Shown here piece by piece: positions 37,671 to 47,200 of a stretch of 64,000 nt of DNA. The notes under the pieces were generated by a model, which did no database searches, had not been told where the DNA came from, and saw only the letters and a list, made by a program, of their open reading frames with translations. The stretch covers positions 72,923 to 136,922 of the forward strand of contig DATAZE010000035.1 of NCBI GenBank assembly GCA_036272195.1, in the 5' to 3' direction. A program made the position numbers and the translations under genes. Numbering within the stretch: position 1 is the first letter of the stretch; each line of letters opens with the position of its first letter. The stretch comes from Verrucomicrobiia bacterium (GTDB lineage: Bacteria; Verrucomicrobiota; Verrucomicrobiia; Limisphaerales; DASXHY01).

Positions 37671-38762
37671 ATGAAAATCTCAAAACCCACAGGCGGCGCG
37701 GCTGTTAGGCAGTATCAGGCAATTCCCGGTGCACAAGGCGCGGTCCCGCGATATGCCCAATGGATGCGATCGACTGGGTTAGTGAAGCGTGATTCGATCC
37801 TGACGCGAATCGACGACTGCTTGAAGCTTTACGAAGGTCCGGGCGACGGATGGACCCGGCTGTCACTGCTGGGAGAGCTTTTTTTCTGCACCAATTATGC
37901 CTTGAAGCGCTCGCCGGGGCCCGCGCTCGAAGGGCCGCTCAATGATCTTTTTCTGACGACGGTGGATCAACTCTGCCGCGCGTTCGCGTGCACGCCCAAC
38001 GTCCTGCCGCAAATGCTCGAAGAATGCTGGGGACGCGTATTGACCGAGCATGGCCATCATATCGATAACTCGGGAATAGCAACCGGAGGCATTCCGACGG
38101 TGGCGACGTACCTCAGCCGCGCGGAGGTTGAAAAGTTCAAGATCGAGTTTCAATCGGGTAGGGCGTACATGCGCGATCGGCCAAAATGTGAGGTGTGGAC
38201 GCTGGCGAACTCTGGACGGATCGGGTGGGTTTACCATCCCAGCATAAAAGACCAGATGATGCAGCCGGGTTATGCCGGTTTCGCCTTGAGCATGGGCCGG
38301 GAATTATTCATGGCGTTTCATCGGGGAGGGTTCGATAAAAACAATTTCTTCCACTCGTCATATCTTTCGGGCGATACCGTCTTGTGCACGGGCACAATCA
38401 AGATCGAGTACGGCATCGTAAAAGCAATCATGAACGACAGCGGTCATTATAAACCCAGCGCCGAGCACCTGGTGAATGTGCTGCAAGCACTCAGAATGCA
38501 CGGCGTGGATGTCAGGCGCGTGACAGTTCATGCCGTTCCGAATTCTTGGAAAGACGATTCCGGCGTGGTTCAGAAAACCTGGGGAGTCTGGTGGGGTTCT
38601 GATTTGTTGGACACGCGTGGCGGAGGACTCGGCCTTTACCAGCGGATGCACGCGAACCAGGCCAATATCGCCAGTCGGACGGGAAACGCTCCCGGTCAGG
38701 GACCGGTGGTGAATCTTCCACCGCCGAATCGTCCTCCGCCGCCTCCGCCGCCGAGGTGGTAG
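37671..38762 (+). CDS. Hypothetical protein, no signal peptide, polyproline C-terminus
   Basis: 363 aa. Conserved-looking block FFHSSYLSGDTVLCTGTIKIEYGIVKAIMNDSGHYKPSAEHL. Tail NLPPPNRPPPPPPPRW. I cannot place the family. Confidence 0.5.
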   Translation: MKISKPTGGAAVRQYQAIPGAQGAVPRYAQWMRSTGLVKRDSILTRIDDCLKLYEGPGDGWTRLSLLGELFFCTNYALKRSPGPALEGPLNDLFLTTVDQLCRAFACTPNVLPQMLEECWGRVLTEHGHHIDNSGIATGGIPTVATYLSRAEVEKFKIEFQSGRAYMRDRPKCEVWTLANSGRIGWVYHPSIKDQMMQPGYAGFALSMGRELFMAFHRGGFDKNNFFHSSYLSGDTVLCTGTIKIEYGIVKAIMNDSGHYKPSAEHLVNVLQALRMHGVDVRRVTVHAVPNSWKDDSGVVQKTWGVWWGSDLLDTRGGGLGLYQRMHANQANIASRTGNAPGQGPVVNLPPPNRPPPPPPPRW

Positions 38763-38799
38763 CGTCTACAACAGGTCTTGAGGATTGGGACGAGTGGAG

Positions 38800-38905
38800 G
38801 AAAGCTCCAATCCCAAGTTCCAAGTTCCAAGTTCCAAAGAAGCTCCAAGCTTCAATTCCGACCTACATTTTCCAAACGCTTTTGGAGTTTGGAATTTCTC
38901 TGGGG
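38800..38905. repeat. CAAGTTCCAA-type intergenic repeat, copy B
   Basis: aaagctccaatcccaagttccaagttccaagttccaaagaagctccaagcttcaattccg...cgcttttggagtttggaattt shares the core of copy A (7206-7305). It also lies directly downstream of a plus-strand gene. Confidence 0.7.
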
Positions 38906-38939
38906 CTGGGAACCGGGATTTATTTATTTCAATAACCCC

Positions 38940-39923
38940 ATGAAAATTTATCGTACAAAGGATCTCTTAATGACACTGGTTACCGGTGCACTGGCAGTGT
39001 TTGACCACTCCTTGGCGCAGGCCGGCGAAACCGTTACTGGCGATCGTATCACGGCTGTTATCAATGTTTCAAAAGCTGACGCTCCGCCACCCCCGGCGGT
39101 TGCGGTTGGATACAACACGCGGACCTTTGGGCCGAGCGTGGGAATAGGCACCAATTGGTTTCTGTTCAGCTTTTATGGATTGCATGGCGGCCCGGCCACT
39201 CAGAATTCCGACGGTAGCGTATTCCTGCCAGGCAACGTGGCTGGCAGCCAATACGGCATCTCCACAGCGGCGCAAACCAAAGACGGAAAGGCATGGACAG
39301 GCATCGCTTTCGGTGGAGGTGGTTATTTTGTGGCAACATTCTCCTTTACTGGCGGGTTTCAACCGGGCCTGTCCACCTGGCCAGCTTGGTGGGCCAACGT
39401 TATAGAAATGATGGCGCCGAACGGAGTTACGCGTGCGACCCAATGGCCGGGTCAAGCGAGCAATTACGGTGATTGGATCGAGGCGGACTTCCTGGAGTAT
39501 AACAACGGGACGGCTAACAAATATGGCGATACCGTACACAACTGGTACGGCGTGATCGGCAGCGGAAACGACGTTAACCCCAATTTTCCCGCGATCACGG
39601 TGCCGGCTGGCTTCAATTGGGCAACGCCACACAAATTCGGCTTCCTATGGGTGCCGGCCACAGCGACCACGAAGGGTTATGCGACGAGTTATCTGGACGA
39701 TGTCCAAGTAGGTGGTAAGGCTGTATGGAACCAGTACGTCGCCACTGACTCGCCACCGCCGGTGGATGGCGTTAGCGCCTACAGCATTTTGGACAAATAC
39801 CACCTGGCACTCATTTTAAGCACCGGCACCAACAATCCAATGACAGTGCAGAGCGTGGAGGTCTGGCAGGCGAATACAAACCAGAACTCGATCAACGGGA
39901 ACCACGATTATCCCGGACACTGA
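38940..39923 (+). CDS. Secreted GH16-like / concanavalin-A-like glycoside hydrolase
   Basis: Signal peptide MKIYRTKDLLMTLVTGALAVFDHSLAQA. WPAWWAN followed by WIEADFLEY, which fits the GH16 catalytic ExDxxE pattern. The track start at 38778 runs through the repeat element. Confidence 0.55.
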   Translation: MKIYRTKDLLMTLVTGALAVFDHSLAQAGETVTGDRITAVINVSKADAPPPPAVAVGYNTRTFGPSVGIGTNWFLFSFYGLHGGPATQNSDGSVFLPGNVAGSQYGISTAAQTKDGKAWTGIAFGGGGYFVATFSFTGGFQPGLSTWPAWWANVIEMMAPNGVTRATQWPGQASNYGDWIEADFLEYNNGTANKYGDTVHNWYGVIGSGNDVNPNFPAITVPAGFNWATPHKFGFLWVPATATTKGYATSYLDDVQVGGKAVWNQYVATDSPPPVDGVSAYSILDKYHLALILSTGTNNPMTVQSVEVWQANTNQNSINGNHDYPGH

Positions 39924-40007
39924 CCCAGCGCATTTAAACGAGGAGGTTGCAGGATCAGATCTTCGCGCTGTCGGCCTTGGACGTTGTCGAAGATTTAAAC
40001 TTAAAAG

Positions 40008-40084
40008 TGGTGCGCCCGCCGCGATTCGAACGCGGGACCCTCTGCTTAGAAGGCAGATGCTCTATCCAACTGAGCTACGGGCGC
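40008..40084 (-). tRNA. tRNA-Arg (anticodon UCU), CCA encoded
   Basis: The reverse complement GCGCCCGTAGCTCAGTTGGATAGAGCATCTGCCTTCTAAGCAGAGGGTCCCGCGTTCGAATCGCGGCGGGCGCACCA folds as a cloverleaf. Acceptor GCGCCCG/CGGGCGC, D-stem GCTC/GAGC, anticodon stem TCTGC/GCAGA with loop CTTCTAA, T-stem CCGCG/CGCGG. Confidence 0.95.
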
Positions 40085-40188
40085 AGCCTGAAATTCAGGC
40101 ACTTAGGAGTGCCGTTTTTGACACTCCGTAGATTGTAATCCGAAATCATACCCGGTTTCAACGAAGAACGGCCAGTCTGTTGGAAGAT

Positions 40189-41949
40189 TTAGCGCCAGCG
40201 CACCGAATATAAAAATCTTTCACTATTTCTGTCCGCGGCATCATAGCGATCTGAAAAGCAGAGAAAGAGCATTTCGTCCCGTTGCCGCTGGCGGATGTTT
40301 TGCGGTATGACAAAGGTAATTTTCAAACCATCATTCTCCGCCGCAACGTCGCGTAACGGCAGTGTTTGGCCGTCGATTTGCGCCCGGTAGCTATCGTTAC
40401 GCGCTGAGACTCCATTGGATGAGCGCCGAGGGCTTAAGTGTAATTCAATAAACTCCGGCCGATCGACTGCCAGGCTCAGGACATTAAAAGCAATTCCCCC
40501 ATCAGCGTCCCAGCCGTAGCCGTTGCCGACGATGCCGGTTTTGGCTGGAGAGTTGTCGGTGGTATATGTACCATTGAAATCTCTTAAGGCCGTTCCTTGC
40601 GCGCGGGGTAAGGCGAGTCGAATGGGCGAACGATCTTGTTGCGCGGTCAATGGCACCTTGGCCGAAATGATTTCATAAACCAACCACGCGACCAGCAGCG
40701 GGCCCGCAAATTTAAGCCATCGATTCGGCAGCAGTAACCAAACCAGCAAACCAAAGCCGGTGAAGGCCGGCGCAAAATCAAAAAGATATCGCGAAGCGAC
40801 GGCGGGATAGTAGAGATAAAACCATCCTAATGCGAGGGTCGAAAATCCCGACCATATCAGGAGGGCTGAAATCAAGACGGATTGGGGTTGTTGCCAGAAC
40901 GCAATTTGCCTGCGGTGCTGCTTCAACCAGAGCAACGTCATTGCAATGGCGATGACTATCAAGATGACGTAGCTCAAATCAAACGCCGATAAGTCCAACC
41001 TGCGCCAGCGAATAACGGGTGATTGCCCGATAAACAAGTTTTCGGAAAAGGCGAATGCTCCCTGAGGATTGACCAGGAAAAGCAGGCCGAAGAGCTCCTT
41101 GGCGGCTTGAAACAGAGAAGCGTCCCGGCTCGGATTTCCGAAACGGGTGAAGTAAATCATGTTGCCGGTGGTAACGGTCAGATGATGTCCGAATTCAGTT
41201 GGCGAGCCGAAGCGAGCCGCATTTGTCCAGGCCAGCAGCACAATGCTGACGAGCCATAAGGAAGATCCCAAAATCAGTTCGGTGATTTTGTGCCGGCGTT
41301 GCCAGGCCACCAGTGAGGCGATCAAAATCGCTCCGACTCCATAGACGGCGTGGGTTGGCCGTACCCAAATGGCAAATGAACTGAGGGCGCAGCACAGGAA
41401 ATAATCCGTCCGTGAATTGAAAATTGCCGCACGAATCAGAGAAATTAAAATGGCCAGCGACAGGATCACGGAATAAAGAATCGTTTCTTCAAAGACGAGT
41501 TGATCCGCCCGGGCCAGCGTCCATAGCGCCGGGCAAAGCTCAACCATCCAAATGATGGCTAATCCAATCGTTCGCTGTCCTTGGCGAATTAGTTTTAAAC
41601 CGGTCGCAGCGGAGTAGAAGGCTAATAGCGCAAAGGCAAAGCCCAAGGCGATGCGATCGGGGAACGGCTGATTATCAAACAGGCGCCATATCGCTTCAAA
41701 TGGCAGCAGCCAGAGTCCAATACCCAAACCCCACACATGCTGCACGTGACCATCATGCCACACCAAGCCGGGTTGGAGTGCATCAAGGGAGTCCGCCAGG
41801 CTGAATTTTCCGTGGAGCAACGCCTCGGCCTGGTAACGATGATAAGGAGATTGTTCGTACGGGCGGATGCCATCGAGCGAGAGCATAATGGCGCCGTACA
41901 CCAACGAATAAAGCACCAGCCAAACGCTGAGTTTTCCCGGGCGTTTCAT
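40189..41949 (-). CDS. Polytopic membrane protein, GT-C-like (ArnT/PMT-like) putative glycosyltransferase with C-terminal soluble domain
   Basis: 586 aa with about 12 TM segments. The first loop YEQSPYHRYQAEALLHGKFSL resembles GT39/GT83-type proteins. The C-terminal ~150 aa are hydrophilic. The start overlaps the upstream gene stop by 4 nt. Confidence 0.45.
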   Translation of the reverse strand: MKRPGKLSVWLVLYSLVYGAIMLSLDGIRPYEQSPYHRYQAEALLHGKFSLADSLDALQPGLVWHDGHVQHVWGLGIGLWLLPFEAIWRLFDNQPFPDRIALGFAFALLAFYSAATGLKLIRQGQRTIGLAIIWMVELCPALWTLARADQLVFEETILYSVILSLAILISLIRAAIFNSRTDYFLCCALSSFAIWVRPTHAVYGVGAILIASLVAWQRRHKITELILGSSLWLVSIVLLAWTNAARFGSPTEFGHHLTVTTGNMIYFTRFGNPSRDASLFQAAKELFGLLFLVNPQGAFAFSENLFIGQSPVIRWRRLDLSAFDLSYVILIVIAIAMTLLWLKQHRRQIAFWQQPQSVLISALLIWSGFSTLALGWFYLYYPAVASRYLFDFAPAFTGFGLLVWLLLPNRWLKFAGPLLVAWLVYEIISAKVPLTAQQDRSPIRLALPRAQGTALRDFNGTYTTDNSPAKTGIVGNGYGWDADGGIAFNVLSLAVDRPEFIELHLSPRRSSNGVSARNDSYRAQIDGQTLPLRDVAAENDGLKITFVIPQNIRQRQRDEMLFLCFSDRYDAADRNSERFLYSVRWR

Positions 41950-43409
41950 TTCGGCATTGATAGCGGCAACGGAACCTGTCGCCCCTTTTCCTCCGTGATT
42001 TCCTCCTGGTATTCGGCGTCGCCATTGACCTGCCAGACGTTGTTTCGATCACCGCTCAGATTGCGGGCGGCCAGCAAGCCGGTCAGGATGGAGTGATCCT
42101 GGTTGTTGTATTTGTGCATGCCATTCCTGCCCACCGCCTGCAGGTTCTCCAACGGCGCGAGGGCTTTTCGAATGGTGTCCACATTGTTCCGGTAATGCGC
42201 ATCATAGACCGGATAGGCCTTCTCCACCCGCACAACGCATCCGTCGACCACTTCGGCAGCTTTGGCCAGGCCCAATTGTTCCAACTCGCGTTTCGCCAGT
42301 TGTAGAATTCCGGCATCGTCTGTGTCCCATAAGCCATCGTGTTTGTTGCAAAAGTATTCCAATTCCAGGCAACTCGCCCCAGGGCGAGCAGTCATTTCGC
42401 CGCCCCAATTGTTGTAATTCTGAATGCGCCCAACTTTAACCGAGGAGTCGTGAACATAAATCCATGTGTCGGGAAACAGATCGGGCCGGTCCACGATTAT
42501 GGCCACGAGGATGAAGTCGCGATATTGTAATTGGCGGGCTGCTTCGCGTGCTTCCGTGGGGAGCGGCGGTTCCACATTCAACACGCAATCGCGCAGCGGC
42601 ATGGAAACGATGACGGAATCAGCCGTCCAGCGCTCCTTGAGCCCATCGGTTTGCAGCGTGTGCACCGCCGTGATGCGATTCCCGTCACGCTCCAACCGCA
42701 CGACGGTTTTATCCAGGAGCACGCGCCCGCCTAACTTCAAAATTTCGTCGCGGGTTTTTTCCCAAAGCATGCCGGCTCCGTGGCGGGGGTATTGAAACTC
42801 GTCGATCAGTGTCTTGATTGTTTCCTGGTTGGAAGAATGAAATCCCAGCGCGGCGAGGATTGCTTTTTTCAGGGAAAGCCCCTTGATGCGCTGGCTGGCC
42901 CAGTCAGCGCTGATTTCGTTGCAAGGCATCCCCCAGACTTTTTCGGTGTAAGTTTTGAAGAAGATGCGGTAGAGCCGTTCGCCGAACCGATTGATGACCC
43001 AATCCTCAAATGAAAGTTCGAGCCGTCTGGGGAACATTTGCCGCCACAGATAGCTCAGCACGCAGGCAGTGCTCGTGAACAATCCCAAGCCGAACAAGGC
43101 GTCCTTGGCCAGCAAGGGATAATGAAAGAACCGCTGACGGTAGAGGATGCGGCTAAGACGTTTGACGGGAACAAAATCTCCGGGTAGCCGTCGATTCCAC
43201 CATTGAGTGATCTCCGGGTTCTTGCTGAAAAAACGATGCCCGCCAATATCAAACCGGAACCCCTTGTAATTCAAAGTGCGGGACAAACCTCCCACATATT
43301 GTGAATCACTTTCCAAAACGGTCACCGAGTGACCTGCGGTGGCCAGTTCCAGGGCGGCCGCCAATCCCGCCGGTCCAGCTCCCACGACAATTACCGTGCG
43401 CTTATTCAT
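41946..43409 (-). CDS. NAD(P)/FAD-dependent oxidoreductase (amine-oxidase / UDP-galactopyranose-mutase-like fold)
   Basis: Starts MNKRTVIVVGAGPAGLAAALELATAGHSVTVLESDSQYVGGLSRT (dinucleotide-binding GxGxxG + E). 488 aa from the ATG at 43409. The track extension to 43667 is out of character and overlaps the upstream ORF. Confidence 0.7.
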   Translation of the reverse strand: MNKRTVIVVGAGPAGLAAALELATAGHSVTVLESDSQYVGGLSRTLNYKGFRFDIGGHRFFSKNPEITQWWNRRLPGDFVPVKRLSRILYRQRFFHYPLLAKDALFGLGLFTSTACVLSYLWRQMFPRRLELSFEDWVINRFGERLYRIFFKTYTEKVWGMPCNEISADWASQRIKGLSLKKAILAALGFHSSNQETIKTLIDEFQYPRHGAGMLWEKTRDEILKLGGRVLLDKTVVRLERDGNRITAVHTLQTDGLKERWTADSVIVSMPLRDCVLNVEPPLPTEAREAARQLQYRDFILVAIIVDRPDLFPDTWIYVHDSSVKVGRIQNYNNWGGEMTARPGASCLELEYFCNKHDGLWDTDDAGILQLAKRELEQLGLAKAAEVVDGCVVRVEKAYPVYDAHYRNNVDTIRKALAPLENLQAVGRNGMHKYNNQDHSILTGLLAARNLSGDRNNVWQVNGDAEYQEEITEEKGRQVPLPLSMPK

Positions 43410-43695
43410 TTTTCCACCCCGAAGCCCGATGACCCTTCCAGGCCAAACCGCCGCCCGCAACCAAAACCAATAGCACGAGGCTAATTTGTATCGGTGACGG
43501 CCTTTGCATGGGCACGCCGCGTGTTCCTTCCGACCCGTCAGATTCGTGTTCTGCCACGGAATCCGCTTCGGACCCGAGGGTTGATTCCTGGACAAGATTG
43601 GATTCAGTCGCGGCCAGGGATCTTTGAGGAACGATAAAATAGCATCCTGCCAATAGAGAAACGCCAATGATTATTTTTTTAAAAATTAATTTCAC
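43402..43695 (-). CDS. Small exported protein: lipobox signal peptide, acidic Ser/Glu linker, C-terminal TM plus basic tail
   Basis: 97 aa. KKIIIGVSLLAGC (lipobox LAGC), ESDGSEGTRG linker, C-terminal PSPIQISLVLLVLVAGGGLAWKGHR, reminiscent of PEP-CTERM-type anchors but without the PEP triplet. GTG start overlaps the upstream stop (GTGA). Confidence 0.45.
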   Translation of the reverse strand: MKLIFKKIIIGVSLLAGCYFIVPQRSLAATESNLVQESTLGSEADSVAEHESDGSEGTRGVPMQRPSPIQISLVLLVLVAGGGLAWKGHRASGWKNE

Positions 43696-44063
43696 GAAAT
43701 GCGTTCCCTCTCAACCGGTAACTTCTGGTCGGTCGTCGCGGGTGTTAGTTCAGAAACCCCATGACTGTACGTGGCTAGACGACTACGATGCGATTGCGTC
43801 TCAGTTGGTTCTGTAATGATCGTGCACGTTAAAGCAGGCTTCTGTTGATGTATTAATTGATTGACTAGGAATAGATACCCTGTGGCCAACCCGTTCGCCG
43901 AATTAAAGACCGTGGTGTTCCAAGATGTCATGACCGCCCCATAGATATTCAGAATGCCTGGTTCATATCCCCGCACCTGAGTAAGTTTTACAACCGAAAA
44001 TTTGCGAGACAAGCTTTTTGTCTTGACGGAGTGACATTTGTTCTCCATGCTCTGCACACGCAT
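43692..44063 (-). CDS. Hypothetical protein, first gene of the coupled operon
   Basis: 123-aa ORF in an AT-richer stretch with no recognisable motif. It is supported mainly by its stop overlapping the next gene's GTG start. Confidence 0.35.
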   Translation of the reverse strand: MRVQSMENKCHSVKTKSLSRKFSVVKLTQVRGYEPGILNIYGAVMTSWNTTVFNSANGLATGYLFLVNQLIHQQKPALTCTIITEPTETQSHRSRLATYSHGVSELTPATTDQKLPVERERIS

Positions 44064-44259
44064 CGCGAGATGTCTATCGTGGGGATAGACTTCGGGTAAC
44101 AGTTATGTGGCAACATGACATTAGGTACGGGCTGTGGAATGGAATCGTGGCAATGGGCATGGGTTTTAATACCTGGGCGATTAGCGTTCTTCAATTGGTT
44201 CACGGATTTTTGCGAGACTTAGGGTTTATCTTCGGGGCACATCTTTCTCCTACAAATTT

Positions 44260-47200
44260 ATGAAAACATCGGCTCTCTTCCTGGGGTTGCTAGCTTTGTC
44301 TGCAGCCGTTACGACCAGCGCTCAGACTGCTGGGACAGCGATGCAAAGTGCGGGAATTGCCCCGTATGCGGTGGCTGAAAAAGGGCCTAATTACCGGGTT
44401 TGGCAGTCCTCTGGCCGAAAGGGTTACACGGAACTGGCGCCCGGTATGAATTACCAGCATAACGGCCAGTGGCTCGAATCGAAGGAGACTATAGTTCCGA
44501 TGCAGACCGGGGGGGCAGCTGCCGTCGAGGGCCAGCATCAGGTTTATTTTCCGTATGATATCGGTAATGGTGCCATTTCACTCTACACACCATCTAATCA
44601 AAGGATGGATAGTCGCCCCCTGGGAATTAGTTACAGTGATAAAACAAATACTGTCTTGATTGCGGGGATTGCTAATTCCACCGGACAAATTCTGCCGTCC
44701 GGCAACAAGGTCCTTTATCCTCAAGCTTTTACGGGTATAGGTGCGGACTTGCTTTGTATTTATCACAAGGATAGCTATGAATCGGATGTTGTCTTTCATC
44801 AACGGCCTCCTTCTCCCGCGGAATTCGGATTGGATCCGACCAACGCCTGGTTGCAAATCTGGACAGAATTTTATTCGAGCAATAGTCCCCAAGTATCTTA
44901 TGACCCGGGAGCTGTAACGAACTTGAGTGACCCCTATCTGGAATTTGGCGGCATGCGCATGGTTCACGGACGGGCGTTCATGTTGTTGCAAACCAATATG
45001 ACTTTGTCGGATGATCTTCCGGGGTTCAGAGTCAAGAAAACGTGGGTACGATCGGGTGATCGCCGTTTTCTGCTGGAGGAAGTGCCATACGCCCTCGTGC
45101 AGGACGCTTTGGAGAATTTGCCGCCGCCGTCGCCCTCTAGCGCGGTCAATCCCGGTCATCGCCAAACTCATGGAAACGGCGAACTGGCATGGTTGCCCCC
45201 GCGCCGGCCGGTAGTGGCTGAGACCAACGTGATGCAGATTGCCGTCGAGACGCCGCGTAAAAACCCTGAATTTGTAATGGATTATTTGATGCTCAACTCC
45301 GCACAGGTTAGTTACGTGTTTCACGGCGACACCACCTATCTCATTTCCGGTTCAGTATACCTGAATGGCACCTCGATCTTCGAAGGCGGCACGGTGATAA
45401 AATATACCAACTTCGCGACCATCTATAACGGCGGCAGTCTAATCTGGCAGGGGGACGCCTATCATCCGATTGTGTTTACCTCAATGCATGATGATACTGT
45501 CGGACAGAAGATTACCGGCAGCACCGGCACTCCAGTGACCCTGGCCAATACCTATCTCTATAATCAAAACTATAGCGTCGGCATGGAGATGAAATATGTC
45601 CGATTCAAATATGCAGGGATCGGCATTCAATCTTATACGTGGCTCGCGCTCTGGCACAGTCAATTCATCAAATGTTCCCAAGCCCTGCGTCCCATGGCCT
45701 ATTTCGACATTAATGGTACTTCGTCCGGTGGCTATTTGACACCCTACTGGGGCGTGGCGCTCTTTAATGACTTGTTTTCCGGTTGTGGCACGGCGGTAAA
45801 CCTTGATGACGGCGCCACGGCGAATTATTTGACGGCTTACCCGCCTCAGGGAGTGGACTTGTATTTCACCGCTCAGAATGTCACCTCGGATCAAACGACC
45901 AATTTCTTGAGCCTCGCGCCGCCCACTTCCAGTGGCGGCTGTTGTGGCGGTTGCGGCGGCTGCGGCGGCTGCTTTGGGGGGTATAGTTGTTTTAGTTTCG
46001 GTTGTTGTGGAGGAAGTATCTATTACCCTGTTTTTATTTCATCTCACTCGCATGCTTATTTAACCAACTGCATGTTCACCACAGTCACTCAAAGCGTCCA
46101 AACTTCGCTGATTAACACCATAGGCGCCGGGTCCGGCGTGCGCGGTTACAATAATTCCGTCATTTATCCATACGCCAGTCCGAATTACGGTTGTGGATTC
46201 GGCGCGGACTACCAGATTTCCACCAGCCCCTATCAGTCCACGGTGGCGGGTAATTACTATTTGTCGGCAGCCAGTGGATACAAGAACATCGGGAGCAACT
46301 CGGTGCGCACAAACCTGCTGTCGGATTTGCAAAAGAAAACGACGGATGCACCCAATGCCTCGTATGCTTCCAATATCTGGTCAGGGGTCAATTACCTGCT
46401 GCAACCAACGGTCTCGCGTGACACGAATACTCTGGATGTCGGCTATCATTATGACCCAATCGACTACCTGTTTTGTGACCTTTATCTGACCAATTCTTCA
46501 GTCGTGATCAGCAATGGAACGGTGGTTGGCTTTGGTAATGACGTCGGCATTATTCCACTGGGAGGTTCGCAACTGATTTCCCAGGGCGCTCCGGACCAGC
46601 GAAATTATTTTGTTCATTACAATTCGGTGCAGGAACAAAGCGTGAATTGGGGAAGTTATGGCGTTGCGGACGCCCAAGCGATCAGTCCCTATCATCCGGA
46701 TGGCAACACCGCCCCAACTGTGAGCTTGCGACTGAGCACGATCGTGGCTCCGAACGGTGCGACCAACGTGATTTATCAGCCGGGCGGCAGCTATAGCGCG
46801 GGCGTTTGGTCCTTGCAGGACAGCGAAATTTACGGCTCCGGCGGCCAACTGAATATTTCAATTCCTTCCGGCGGCAGCGCTGCTCTGAAAAATAATTTGT
46901 TCAAGTATTGCAACATGCAGGTGGTGGGTACCGGCGCCCTGTCAACCTGGAACAACCTTTTCACGTCGGTTTACAGTAATGCGCTCTACCAAATATCGTT
47001 TACCAACAATGGCGCTGCCACGTGGACCAATTTTGACAACGCGTTTGATCGTGTGTCCGTGAACCTTACCGGTGTTTATAGCAATAGCGCTTACTTGAAT
47101 CAAGCGGTGGTGAAGTCGACCAAGCAAGGCAGTGACATAACCACGAACCTGACCTGGATTTCCGGCCCGTTGGGAGGGTATTACCAAGCTTCTACTTCGC

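Noticed and set aside
37465-40084. A tRNA-Arg-associated integrated island covering the 363-aa ORF and the GH16-like gene.
   Set aside because: There is no integrase, no excisionase, and no direct repeat of the tRNA 3-prime end that I could find in the window. It is kept only as a low-interest boundary observation.
44064-44259. Two GTGGCAA motifs in the divergent region before the RHS gene, considered as sigma-54 (-24/-12) promoters.
   Set aside because: The GG-to-GC spacing does not fit the TGGCAC-N5-TTGC geometry in either copy.
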